Source: an uncultured virus (IMG/VR IMGVR_UViG_3300025697_003303) (Duplodnaviria; Heunggongvirae; Uroviricota; Caudoviricetes). Taken from it: a DNA stretch of 64,000 nucleotides. Below the pieces are notes generated by a model, which was given only the letters and a program-made list of their open reading frames with translations, did no database searches and was not told the DNA's origin. A program made the position numbers and the translations under genes. How positions within the stretch are numbered: the first letter of the stretch is position 1; every line of letters starts with the position of its first letter. Below, piece after piece: positions 19,786-29,900 of this stretch. The stretch lies in IMG/VR virus record IMGVR_UViG_3300025697_003303. The stretch is one strand, 5' to 3'.

Positions 19786-19822
19786 CCTTTTTATGTTAAA
19801 GTTTTTAAAAAATTAAAGTTTA

Positions 19823-19869
19823 GATAACCTTTTTAGCCCTTGCTTTTTAACAAGAGCTAAAAGGCTATC
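19823..19869 (-). other. Long stem-loop downstream of the orphan omega-RNA (terminator or element end)
   Basis: Minus strand GATAGCCTTTTAGCTCTTG-loop-CAAGGGCTAAAAAGGTTATC. Both mismatches are G-U pairs in minus-strand RNA; T-rich tract follows. Confidence 0.6.
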
Positions 19870-19887
19870 AACAAAAAGGAAAAATAA

Positions 19888-20224
19888 TACAGTTTTTAAC
19901 GCATGCTAATATAAAACATACCTCTGACTATAAACAGAGTAGTGCGTATCTACGATTTTGGAGAAAATCGTAGAATTCGTCTTTCCCTCGACCGGATATT
20001 AAAAGGTTTAACGTTACAAACACTATCTCTACCTCACAAAACTGTTTAATTTGTAACCTCAGAGCCTGGAACTGGGACGGCATTCCAGGGTGACTAATTT
20101 CTTTTGTATCGTTTACTAACAACTATTAACTCCTGTCAGTGGTCTGGTCAACTTAATCTCTTTCGAGATTCTCTCTATCAGTTAGGGCTTTTACAAGCCC
20201 CTTCCTTTAGGGAGGGTAGTTGAC
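19888..20224 (-). ncRNA. Orphan omega-RNA scaffold, copy 2 (19913..20224), followed by ~25 nt of iscB remnant with ATG mutated to ATA
   Basis: Homologous to 6758..7100, starts GTCAACTACCCTCCCTAAAGGAAGGGGCTTG, compensatory stem changes relative to copy 1. Confidence 0.87.
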
Positions 20225-20382
20225 AATTTCCTTCTTGAACAAATTATGTTTGTAAAAAATGCTTTAGAGAAACAATATCCAGGTGACCAATCCGAAAAAG
20301 CATATGAAAACTTAAAACTAGATCTAAAAATAGATCCACCAAAACATCTGCTACTAAAACGATTTTTCATAATCATTTTCAT
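20191..20382 (-). CDS. Small hypothetical protein whose C-terminus is supplied by the element end
   Basis: ATG overlaps upstream TGA; ends STTLPKGRGL from the omega-RNA 5' end. Confidence 0.35.
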   Translation of the reverse strand: MKMIMKNRFSSRCFGGSIFRSSFKFSYAFSDWSPGYCFSKAFFTNIICSRRKLSTTLPKGRGL

Positions 20383-20975
20383 CAGATCTCCAATTCATCC
20401 ATTTCTTCTACATCAATTTCTTCTACAGACTGCAAAATATCTTGCATCTTCTGAAAATCTGAAAAAGACTTATCAACTGTAACAGATAACGATTGTTTAT
20501 CGTCTACCCTTTTTACAGTAGACGGAAGAGATCCATTCTTTTCCCATAGATCTAAAACTTTCTTCAATGGAGTTCTTACTATAGTAGTCTTAGTGACAAC
20601 AATCTTGTCAAGTTCATCTCCTTCTAACTCTTTTTGGATATAAGATATAAGAGAATCATTATCCTCTTCATCCCAATCCCATTTTCCCTTAACATTCCTA
20701 ACAGAAACTTTACCAACGCCAGGAAAATTAAGTGACTTCTTATTATTCTCATCAAGAGTCGCCACTATGACTTCTTTAAGTCGTTCTTTTCTAGAAGAGA
20801 GTTTATCAATCTCTGCTGTTATCTTTTCTATTCTCTTTTTCTTTAACTCTTTGTACCACTCGACTGTCTTGTCTATACCGCTAATAGATAGAATAAGTTC
20901 TTCTATGTCGCACTCTGAATCTAAAGGGGTAACATCTTTACTCGTTAAAATTGCACTAATAACTTGTTTATCCAT
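20382..20975 (-). CDS. Gp157/Gam-like phage coiled-coil protein
   Basis: Coiled coil followed by KSLNFPGVGKVSVR, acidic tail; recombination context. Confidence 0.55.
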   Translation of the reverse strand: MDKQVISAILTSKDVTPLDSECDIEELILSISGIDKTVEWYKELKKKRIEKITAEIDKLSSRKERLKEVIVATLDENNKKSLNFPGVGKVSVRNVKGKWDWDEEDNDSLISYIQKELEGDELDKIVVTKTTIVRTPLKKVLDLWEKNGSLPSTVKRVDDKQSLSVTVDKSFSDFQKMQDILQSVEEIDVEEMDELEI

Positions 20976-20990
20976 TTTTTTTATCTCCTA

Positions 20991-21344
20991 TTAAACATCA
21001 TCTCCGAAATCAAAAACTTTTAAAACAACTGCTGTCTTTTCGCCGGAATCTCCGAAAGTTACTGTCTGAAAACTAGGAGATAGAACAAGATCCATACCCT
21101 TAGTTTTAGCGTCTCCACTAGCTATAATAGTAGACTTGATAGCGTTGTTTAATGCTGCTGCTCCTACACATCTGAGATGAGCAATTCCATGTTTCTGTAT
21201 GACTTGCAAAATAGCATTAGCAGTTCGTTTTACATAACGTTTAGCATCATCTCTGTCTGCAATAGTTCCCTTAATTAAAAGCAATGTTTGATCATCAGAA
21301 TTTACATAAGGTTTTCGTTCTGGGGTCTGTTCTTCGGTACTCAT
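20991..21344 (-). CDS. SpoVS-like (Alba-fold) protein
   Basis: ANAI..LRCVGAAALNNAIKSTIIASG..LVLSPSF..EKTAVVL matches the SpoVS pattern. Confidence 0.75.
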   Translation of the reverse strand: MSTEEQTPERKPYVNSDDQTLLLIKGTIADRDDAKRYVKRTANAILQVIQKHGIAHLRCVGAAALNNAIKSTIIASGDAKTKGMDLVLSPSFQTVTFGDSGEKTAVVLKVFDFGDDV

Positions 21345-21443
21345 ATTTCTCTCCTATTATTCAACTATTAAAAATTACTACTTAACTTCAAATGCACATC
21401 GATGCACACATCTATATCGTGTTCGATAAAGATTTGTCTCCAA

Positions 21444-22457
21444 CTATTTAATGAGATTGCCGTAGAACTTCTGCTGCTTATCGCTTAAAACTTTCTTGTC
21501 CTTCCAAATCGCACTTTTATGACATAATGATTTAAAAGCACAATTGCTACATTCATAATCGCTTTTATCTGAACATCTCGGTGGAGGTAGCTTTGGTTTT
21601 TCACAAGCAGCCATCTCATTCATAGAAATAGCTTGCTTTTTAATCAAGTCAAACATAGTATCTGAAGCTTTCTCAATCTTATATGGACGAACTTCAGAAT
21701 TATTTTTGTTTTCATATATAAGCATACCATAATCAAGATCAAGCAAATTAGCATAAATGCAAAGCTGTACTCTATAACCTAAATCAGGACCAGTCCTCAT
21801 CAATGAGTTCTTCCAACGATAATCATTCATCGTCTTCATATCAATAACGACTGGAGTTTTTGGGAGCTTATCAATATCAAAAGATACAGGAACGCCTTCA
21901 AATCTAGAAACATCAAGATTAGAGAAATCAACAATCAAGTCAACATGACCAAACATATTCATCTCTTCGCTTAATACGCAAACCTCCTCATATGCAAACT
22001 TATTACAACCACATACGCATTTCTCTGGTTGGAACACGCCAAGCTTCTCTTTTAGCCCATACTTTCTTACTGTAGCCTTGTATGCGTCCGCTGTAGAGAG
22101 TTTTGAGGTTAAAACGCCCTCATCATCAAACATTCTACATAATGGGTTTAAACATCTCCATACGCCTCTGAGGACTCCCATGCCGGTAAAGTAACTCTCC
22201 CAACGAGCATGCATATTATGCCCCTTGCCAAAAAGTCTAAGCAACTTACTATCAAAACTTTCTTGTTCTACCTTAATCAATCCCATTGCAACATACTTCA
22301 TATATTGCATATTTCTCAAACATTTACCAAACGCACTGGGATGATACTGAAGATATTGTCTTGTATTCCCTTTTGCTTCATGTCTGATATGAGTATCAAC
22401 TGTTCCCATTATGTTCTGTAACTCTGGTGGGATGTATGCTGCTGCTGCGTTTGTCAT
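21444..22457 (-). CDS. PD-(D/E)XK Cas4-like exonuclease with Cys cluster
   Basis: HPSAFGKCLR, GHVDLIV, VIDMKT, QLCIY, CSNCAFKSLC. Confidence 0.8.
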   Translation of the reverse strand: MTNAAAAYIPPELQNIMGTVDTHIRHEAKGNTRQYLQYHPSAFGKCLRNMQYMKYVAMGLIKVEQESFDSKLLRLFGKGHNMHARWESYFTGMGVLRGVWRCLNPLCRMFDDEGVLTSKLSTADAYKATVRKYGLKEKLGVFQPEKCVCGCNKFAYEEVCVLSEEMNMFGHVDLIVDFSNLDVSRFEGVPVSFDIDKLPKTPVVIDMKTMNDYRWKNSLMRTGPDLGYRVQLCIYANLLDLDYGMLIYENKNNSEVRPYKIEKASDTMFDLIKKQAISMNEMAACEKPKLPPPRCSDKSDYECSNCAFKSLCHKSAIWKDKKVLSDKQQKFYGNLIK

Positions 22458-22458
22458 C

Positions 22459-23199
22459 TTAATCTCCTATTTTCTTCAATAAATCAATTTTAGATTTCTT
22501 CAATAAATTGACGAGGGATGCTTTCCCTTCTGTTTTAATAAAATCGTCTGGGTCTAACCCGTTTGGTACAACTACTGGAATTATCAAAATGTCATAAATA
22601 TTTTTTAGACTATATTTGACATTTAACTTCATAGCTCTTTCCATAGAATTCTTTCCAGCTTCATCGCCATCAAACATTAAAAATATTTCTTGGCAATATC
22701 TAGAAAGAAGAGAGATTTGTTTTATACTTAATGAACTGCCTAACATACCGACAGTGCGTTTTATATTAATAGAGTGCATTTGAATGACATCAAACTCGCC
22801 CTCTACAATAATTGCTTGATTGCTCCTAATTATATAATCTTTAGCTATATCAAGAGCATAAAGATAATTTGACTTTATGTATTGTTCGTGGAAAAATTTA
22901 CTATATGCGTTCTCCCTCCAGTCACGAGAAGAGAGTGCTACCAATTCTCCGTAAGGATCATGAATGGGTAGCACTATTCTTCCTGCGAACTCATGAGGAT
23001 CTCCATAAAGATTATTTACATGAGAAGGAACATATCCTAATCCAAAATTATCAATCACATCTACTGAAAAACCTCTCTTAAGCTTTAGGTAATTAAGTGC
23101 CTCTTTCCCTTCTGGTGAAGATAAAGTATCAATCGCCAGCCTTTTTACCTTTTGCCTTTCCACTTCCGCTAGTCTTCGTCTTGGGTCGTGATTTCTCAT
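22459..23199 (-). CDS. dnaG: DNA primase catalytic/TOPRIM core lacking the zinc finger
   Basis: YLKLKRG, FGLGY, GRIVLPI, IIVEGEFDV, FDGDEAG, DPDDFI. Confidence 0.88.
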   Translation of the reverse strand: MRNHDPRRRLAEVERQKVKRLAIDTLSSPEGKEALNYLKLKRGFSVDVIDNFGLGYVPSHVNNLYGDPHEFAGRIVLPIHDPYGELVALSSRDWRENAYSKFFHEQYIKSNYLYALDIAKDYIIRSNQAIIVEGEFDVIQMHSINIKRTVGMLGSSLSIKQISLLSRYCQEIFLMFDGDEAGKNSMERAMKLNVKYSLKNIYDILIIPVVVPNGLDPDDFIKTEGKASLVNLLKKSKIDLLKKIGD

Positions 23200-24364
23200 C
23201 TATTTTACTTTCTTTTTTCTTCGTTGCTTCATAGTCATTTGTCCACTTGTTTATTTCAGGAGGCAATATCGTACTACTTTCTTCTGCGGCTACGATAAGA
23301 TCTTGACCGAGAAGATACTGCAATTCATTATACTTTATGTATTCAGTAAAATTAGTTTTGCCTTCTGCTTCGTGCTTCTTCCCATCGCTACTGCATGTCC
23401 ATTTAAAGATTCCCTTAAAAACAGAGATAACCTTCAATTGACGACCTGCTTCGAACATAATTTCTTCAACATTGGGAAAGTGAGGTACATAATAAACAGG
23501 AACTTCTACGTTTTCCTCGCAAGGTTTAGCGAATCTGTTTTTTTCAAGTTTCATGTAAGACTTTCTACCAATAATTTTCATCTTACCATCATCGCCAGGA
23601 ATTTCTATGAGAGCTTCTTTGCTTTTTTTCTTGGTAATCTTTATGATTAACGATGAATTATGTTTAAGACTCATACCTCCTGGTGTAGTTTCAGGATTTC
23701 CAAACCGCTGGGCTATTTTAAATCTCAGTTGATTAATAAAAATCAACAACGCACCATACTTGTCAGCGTAAGCAACAAGCTTTCCTAAATTCTCGCTCAT
23801 TAGTCTTGCAAGTTTACCAATGATTATTTTATCAGCAGCAGCTTCTCCTCTATCCTTAGTTACAAGATTAGCAACAGAATCAAGAACGATAACTTTAACA
23901 CCTGATTTAATTAGTTCAAGGATTGCGTCAAAAACATCTTCTGCATAATAGACTTTGTCAACATCACCTGGATTAGACATAGTAGAATAATAAATCTCAT
24001 CTATATCAACACCATTAATTATAGCAAGACCCTCTGCGAAACTGTGTTCCGTATCAAGCCAAGCGACTTTATGCCCTAATTTTTGAGCGAAACCAGATAT
24101 CCTATAAGCTAATGAGCTTTTTCCAGATCCCTCTTCGCCGTACAGCATAACTAACTTGCCAAGAGGGATTCCAAGAGTGTTAGAAGGATCATATCCTTTT
24201 AACGTTGATAGATCTATTTTTTCTGGCAGTTCGCCATAATTGATAGCAAAGTCTAAACTGAAATGCCCAGTTGGAATATAACCTACTGGAGTTGTGGCAG
24301 CACCTTTTCTAATAAAACCTTTTAAATTTTCAACTATTACGTCACTATTATTTTTTTTTGCCAT
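23129..24364 (-). CDS. recA: RecA/UvsX-like recombinase
   Basis: IPTGHFSLD, YGEEGSGKS, LDSVANL, FINQLR, GNPETTPGG.SLKH, KNRFAKP. Confidence 0.92.
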   Translation of the reverse strand: MAKKNNSDVIVENLKGFIRKGAATTPVGYIPTGHFSLDFAINYGELPEKIDLSTLKGYDPSNTLGIPLGKLVMLYGEEGSGKSSLAYRISGFAQKLGHKVAWLDTEHSFAEGLAIINGVDIDEIYYSTMSNPGDVDKVYYAEDVFDAILELIKSGVKVIVLDSVANLVTKDRGEAAADKIIIGKLARLMSENLGKLVAYADKYGALLIFINQLRFKIAQRFGNPETTPGGMSLKHNSSLIIKITKKKSKEALIEIPGDDGKMKIIGRKSYMKLEKNRFAKPCEENVEVPVYYVPHFPNVEEIMFEAGRQLKVISVFKGIFKWTCSSDGKKHEAEGKTNFTEYIKYNELQYLLGQDLIVAAEESSTILPPEINKWTNDYEATKKKESKIDEKSRPKTKTSGSGKAKGKKAGD

Positions 24365-24392
24365 TTTCTCTCCTTTAATTTACACATTCCAT

Positions 24393-24430
24393 AAAAAAAA
24401 GATATCAAGGGGGAGGTTGCCCTCCCCCTC
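24393..24430 (-). terminator. Rho-independent terminator after the SSB-like gene
   Basis: GGGGGAGG-GCAA-CCTCCCCC stem with a T8 run shortly downstream on the minus strand. Confidence 0.75.
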
Positions 24431-24445
24431 TCAATCAAATCCTAT

Positions 24446-25114
24446 TTAGAAGGGTAAATCGTCGCTAACTTCCTGAGAACTCGGGTCGATGTTGCTCGTA
24501 GGAGCTTCCACGCCTGGATCTGCTGAAGCGGGCTTCGGAGAGGAATTTCCTGAAGCTACAACGTCTTCTCCAAAAAGCTTTTCTTCTAGTTGATCGTTGG
24601 GAGTCACCTTAAAGATGTCTTGCAACTTATTAAGACCTCCACGACCCTTTACCATAGCGATTTCGTCTTCTGCCAAAGTACTCTTTCTATCGAACGTGGT
24701 AATGATCTTTTTAGATCTACCAGCCCCAGTGACAACAATCTTGAAATCTGCTCCTTCAGTGGCACCTGGATTAAGACCAGTCATGGTAAAATACTTCTTG
24801 AACTCGCCAAAGACTTTTACGCCACCTTCAAGAATCTTAAGTTCACCATCTGCTCTATCAATAACATTAATAGCATAACGCTCAGACGGATTGATAGCAT
24901 GATTCTTTGTTACAGGGTTATTCTCAGCGTCTTCACAAACCGCACTTCTCCATCGTTGATCGTCTCCCTGTACCATGAACTTATTCATAGCTATAGGTGG
25001 ACCCAAAAGCCTTACAACGTGGGTTCCAGCATTCAACCTAAGAAAATTTGATTTGCCTGATGATTTGCCTGCTTTTTCGTCACTTACGTCTTTCCAATCG
25101 ATTACTTGACTCAT
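24446..25114 (-). CDS. Phage single-stranded DNA-binding protein (gp32-like)
   Basis: FLRL..G.HVVRLL, YAINVIDRADG..KILE, G.DF.I; acidic tail ending DDLPF; next to recA. Confidence 0.75.
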   Translation of the reverse strand: MSQVIDWKDVSDEKAGKSSGKSNFLRLNAGTHVVRLLGPPIAMNKFMVQGDDQRWRSAVCEDAENNPVTKNHAINPSERYAINVIDRADGELKILEGGVKVFGEFKKYFTMTGLNPGATEGADFKIVVTGAGRSKKIITTFDRKSTLAEDEIAMVKGRGGLNKLQDIFKVTPNDQLEEKLFGEDVVASGNSSPKPASADPGVEAPTSNIDPSSQEVSDDLPF

Positions 25115-25141
25115 ATTAAACCTCACTACTTTTATGGAGAC

Positions 25142-26479
25142 TCACACTGGCATCTTATCCCAACTTTTAATTTCTACTCCCTGAACAGATTTCTTTTTGA
25201 CTTTTGGCCCTATTGCAACGGTTCCTCCGCTGACTGGCAGATCGTCATAATCTGTTAATGTTTCAGGGGTTTCTTTTCTTGTATAAGTCTCTGTAGGATA
25301 AGAAGAAGAAACATTACTATTATAATCACCTTGATTTCTGTCTATTGGCTTATCGTTTTGAGAGATCGTAACCTGTCTCGACAATAGGTCAAAAGCAGCA
25401 TCTAGGTTCTTATGTATAATATCGGCAGTTTTATGGATGGACTTTAAACTTTCTAAATATAATTCCATATCTCTCATATTTTCGAAGATTACCCCTTCCT
25501 GTTTGCCTCTTTCGTATTGCGTTCTGGCTAAAACACCTCTCAAAAGTTCAACAGTTCTGTCCCATTTATAATATTGTGAATTAACTTCAGTCTGAATTTG
25601 ACAAACACGATCACGAAATCCTTGAACATTTGTCATATTTTTATATAATTGTGGCAGATCGTAGATATTCGACCCAGTATCACAATAACTATCTCTAAGC
25701 TCCGACTCATACCTCTCAAATGGAAGTTGCTTTCCTCTCAAAATAGTCCTAATAATAGAAACCTTTTGATTGTAAAAATAATCAAACTTTGCATTTTCAC
25801 TTGAAGTAATCCAATCTATTTCACCTTCAGGTAAACCATGATCAATATTAGGAGTTACATTAGGAGTTACATTACTACCTGTATTATCCTCAATAGAAAA
25901 TACATCATCTTTAACTACATCCTTTTCAGCAATCTCCATTTCCTTTTGTTCTTTTTTTATCTGTTCGTTTTCTTTTACGGGATCTAAAACAACATCATCT
26001 TGCAAAGGCATTGTTTGAGATATTGCTCCAGTTTCTGCCAAAGTATCTTCCAAAGCAGATTTTGTAGATTGAGGCGTTGTAACCCCTAGAATAGCATCCA
26101 TGCCATCGTCTACAGTCTCTTCTAAGGGCTTATCTAACGGACCCTCTTCCAATGGGGTCTTTACCGATATCGAATCGTCTACATCGCTAAATACAGTCTC
26201 AGTGACATTGGTAACAATATCTGTGTCTTCATCACCCATTTCACCAAATAATGTTTCTTCGATTTTAACTTCTTGCTTTTCTTCTACTTTAACTTCTTTT
26301 GGGGTTTCCTCTATAAGATCGAGACCAGAAACAGAAGAAGTTTTATCAGTATCCTTCATAACTTCTGTTACGTCCAGCACTCTATCAGAAAAGTCTTCAT
26401 TAGCTGGAACTTCTTCTCTTTCTCTTTTTATTTTAGGAAAGCCAAAAAGATCTTCAATATCTTTAATATTAGTTTCCAT
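25142..26479 (-). CDS. Hypothetical protein with acidic low-complexity N-half and helical C-half
   Basis: 445-aa ORF with AAGGA RBS. Confidence 0.7.
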   Translation of the reverse strand: METNIKDIEDLFGFPKIKREREEVPANEDFSDRVLDVTEVMKDTDKTSSVSGLDLIEETPKEVKVEEKQEVKIEETLFGEMGDEDTDIVTNVTETVFSDVDDSISVKTPLEEGPLDKPLEETVDDGMDAILGVTTPQSTKSALEDTLAETGAISQTMPLQDDVVLDPVKENEQIKKEQKEMEIAEKDVVKDDVFSIEDNTGSNVTPNVTPNIDHGLPEGEIDWITSSENAKFDYFYNQKVSIIRTILRGKQLPFERYESELRDSYCDTGSNIYDLPQLYKNMTNVQGFRDRVCQIQTEVNSQYYKWDRTVELLRGVLARTQYERGKQEGVIFENMRDMELYLESLKSIHKTADIIHKNLDAAFDLLSRQVTISQNDKPIDRNQGDYNSNVSSSYPTETYTRKETPETLTDYDDLPVSGGTVAIGPKVKKKSVQGVEIKSWDKMPV

Positions 26480-26482
26480 GTT

Positions 26483-26782
26483 TTATCCTTCTATTTGTCC
26501 AAGAACGTCATCCTCTGATACATCTCCCATAGACTGAAGTGCATTTTTAAAATACGCTTTCTTTTCTGATGTATTCAATTCATTAAAAACATCTAATCTA
26601 GTCTTCTTAAAATCATTCACAAGAAGCTTGCTAATATTGTCTGATTTCTTCTGTCTTTCTGCCAAATCTGACCATTCTACTTCTTCTTCGTAGTGAACGA
26701 CAAGTTCAAGACTCTCATACTGTGCTACATTGTAAATTCTTTTAATCGACTTTGAAATTTTTGATTTTCTTTTTTCACTCAT
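26483..26782 (-). CDS. Hypothetical protein
   Basis: 99-aa ORF in operon. Confidence 0.65.
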   Translation of the reverse strand: MSEKRKSKISKSIKRIYNVAQYESLELVVHYEEEVEWSDLAERQKKSDNISKLLVNDFKKTRLDVFNELNTSEKKAYFKNALQSMGDVSEDDVLGQIEG

Positions 26783-26815
26783 TTTCTTTTTTCCTATTAA
26801 AAATGTTAATTAATC

Positions 26816-26947
26816 CTATTCGTTCATCCACTTATAAATCTCTTCATTATCCATGTTTGCTATATGCTGCTTATCTTTATCCGTCAAAATAAGCATAATA
26901 GGTTGATCATCGCCATCGTAAAATTTATCTTTTATTTTAATCCTCAA
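26816..26947 (-). CDS. Small hypothetical protein (43 aa, TTG start)
   Basis: TAAGGAG RBS then MRIKIKDKFYDGDDQPIMLILTDKDKQHIANM...; below the ORF-track cutoff. Confidence 0.55.
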   Translation of the reverse strand: MRIKIKDKFYDGDDQPIMLILTDKDKQHIANMDNEEIYKWMNE

Positions 26948-26957
26948 ATATTTCTCC

Positions 26958-29900
26958 TTATCCAAATAGGTCCATAGACTCTACGCCCTTCTTAGCAGCT
27001 TTCTTTAGATCATTACGAATAACCATAAATTGAGCTACAAGTTTACCTTTGGAGAGCCTTTTTCCTGTCGCCTTATAATGATCTTTTATCATTTTACTAA
27101 AGAAATCAGATTCAGCCAAAGAAGCTATCGTATCTTTATTAACAAGTTTAAAATCTGTTTTTGAAGCGAGATCTTTTAAAGACTCATAAGGCTTATTATT
27201 AGCTATATTTTGTGCTGTAGGAAGACCAACCCCTTTAACCATAATACTAGGTGAGACTACTGTTTGATCTATTCCATTAGCCTTATCTTCTTTTCTTACT
27301 ATTCTATAATTAACATCACAATTATTCAAATCTCTATCAGCAAGGTGAATATTCATTTTCTTGAGATCTCGCTCAAGGTCTATAATTTTATCATGCTTCT
27401 TATCTTCATTGGCTACGTCCAAAGAACAGATCATAAACTCTGCTGTGTAGTTCGCTTTCAGGTAGGCAGAGATCCAAGAAGTAAAACCATACGCTGACGA
27501 GTGGGCCATATTGAACCCATAAGATGCAAACGGGATAATGAAAGTGTCCCAATATTGTTCAGCAACATTTTCTGGGACACCATTACTAACACAACCGCTT
27601 ACAAACTGTACTTTGTACTGACTGATCAGATGTTCTTTTTTCTTGCCAATCCCTTTAATCAGAATATAACCGTCTGTAACAGAAATGCCAGCCAAAGAAT
27701 TACATATCTGCATAACCTGTTCTTGATAACAGTTAGAGACAACAATCCCATTGGCTAAAAAATTATGATTCTTTTTAATAGAAACAGAATAAAACTGTTT
27801 TGGACCGACATTTTCAATAGATTTTATTTCATAAAATCTTAGATCTCCTAGATTAACATTAAACGATCCTATTCCTTTATTTGTAATAATTTTTCGTTTA
27901 TGAACTATATTAGACCGATTAATCGCATATCTAGTACAAAACCCCCTTACAGACATTCCACTCTCTGCAATTTTTTGTTTAATATAATCTTTAGGAATCC
28001 TTCCTACCATTAATCCTCTTGTTGTAATCCCTTCTATCTTTTTTATAACTAAATATGGAGATATAAACTTAGACAATCTGTCTGTATTATAAAAGTGCAC
28101 TCTCAATTTAGTAGTATATGTAAAAATTCCAAGATTAAGACATAGACGTTTGACTCCAGATAATATTTTATCACTTGTAGATGTTACATTGCATGTGATT
28201 TCATTTTTTTTATTATTAAAAATACATCCGTCACTATCAATTAATCCTGCCAGATACGATGCTTGAACTTTTAAACTAGACTTTAATATTATATCTGGTA
28301 CACATTTGTTTTTACCAACCGTTTTTAACCTCATATTTTCTAAAAAATAATGTAATTTTGTTTTTCTATTACCACAACCTATTTTTCTCCAATTTGCCAA
28401 TTCAGGGCAAGAAACTATGATATACCATGAACGAGTATGAAAAAACTTTTTTGTCTTTATTTTTGGAAGTTTAAACTTAAGCCATTTAATAAGACTATCA
28501 CAATTTTTCTCTGGTCCACAAGAAAGAGTAATACCTGTAGATATTTGAGCATCACCAGTCAACATCCCCAGTAAATAAGCAACATCAACATCCCTCCCTA
28601 GCCAACTTGCTATATTCCTCTTTGAGACTTGTGACTTTACAGAAAAGAAAGGGCATGCTATAAGATCATTATCTACATCTATATCTTTAACTTCTTTCCA
28701 TCCGTCCCACGTATATACCTTATGGTCATTAGTTAAAATAACAGAATATCCATTTTTTAAACTAACTTTATAACCATCTTCAAATCTACTCTTCTTTAGA
28801 GCTATACACTCATCTTTCTCAGTTTTATATGAAGACTCATTAACAGATACAATTTTATCTCCAACGCCTAAACTTTTAATGGGAATCTGACTCCCATTAA
28901 ATAAAGAAACTAAAGAATTCTCCTCTACACACAAAATTCCATGCGTTTTTTCAAGATAAGGTTTAACAAAAGGTTCGATGGTTGGATGGAAGTAAGAAAC
29001 AGGACTTAATCCTTTCTTTCTCTCACAATATTCAGGAATACTTCCCATTGGACCTGGACGATAGAGAGCAATAGCAGCAACGACATCATCGAAAGAAGAT
29101 ACTCCTATGTCTCTCATAGTTTGTTGCATACCTCCATTCTCGCACTGGAAGACTCCCTTTAATTTTCCTCTACGATATAGTTCAAATGTTGGCTCATCTT
29201 TAAGATTTAAATTCTCTACATCTATATCTATTCCATAATTACTTTTAACCATCTTAACCGTTCTATCTATTACCGTCAAAATAGATGTAGCCAAAATATC
29301 TAATTTGATAAGACCCATCGACTCTAAATCGTTCATATCATATTGCGAAGCATATTGTTCCTTTTTAGATCTACGTACAGGAGCAAGTGTATGTACTGGA
29401 ACGTCTGCAATCACGATGCCAGCAGGATGCTTAGAAAATGAAGATAAAAGACCTTGAATATTTTTAGTATGTGTAACAATATCTGGATATTTATCCATGT
29501 AATATTTAAAATCAGGACAATATTTGATTGCATCCTCTATAGTCTTAATAGGGACTTCTTTCCCTTCCTCGTCTTTTGCCTTCATAAAGATTCCTTGAGC
29601 TTTAGGAAGCTGTCCAAGGATCTCTTCTACTTTCGCCATATTTTCTGTAACAAACTCTTGCTTACCTTTATGAAAAGCTTGAGCAATATCAAGAGCTTTA
29701 ATAGTTCTTGTTAGAGCCATTCTCAATTTAAGACCTATATAAGTGCCTATATTTTCTACATTTTCTCTTCCATATTTCTCTATGATGTATTCATAGATTT
29801 CCCCTCTGCGGAAGAAATCAAAGTCAGAATCAATATCTGGAAAGCCAGGTCGAGCAAAAACTCGCTTGCCAGTAACCTCATCAGTTTTGAATGCTAAAAA

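Noticed and set aside
6776..20122. Similar ORFs MLVND... (6776..6991 and 19928..20122), each with AGGAG before a TTG
   Set aside because: They lie inside the omega-RNA scaffolds. Their differences preserve base pairing rather than amino acids and their ends are frameshifted, so they are treated as RNA. A leader peptide cannot be fully excluded.
21444..22457. Cas4-like gene as evidence of CRISPR-Cas
   Set aside because: No repeat-spacer array or other cas genes were seen; such nucleases are common in phage recombination modules.
25847..25874. 12-bp tandem repeat encoding NVTPNVTPN
   Set aside because: About two copies in a low-complexity linker; ordinary slippage.
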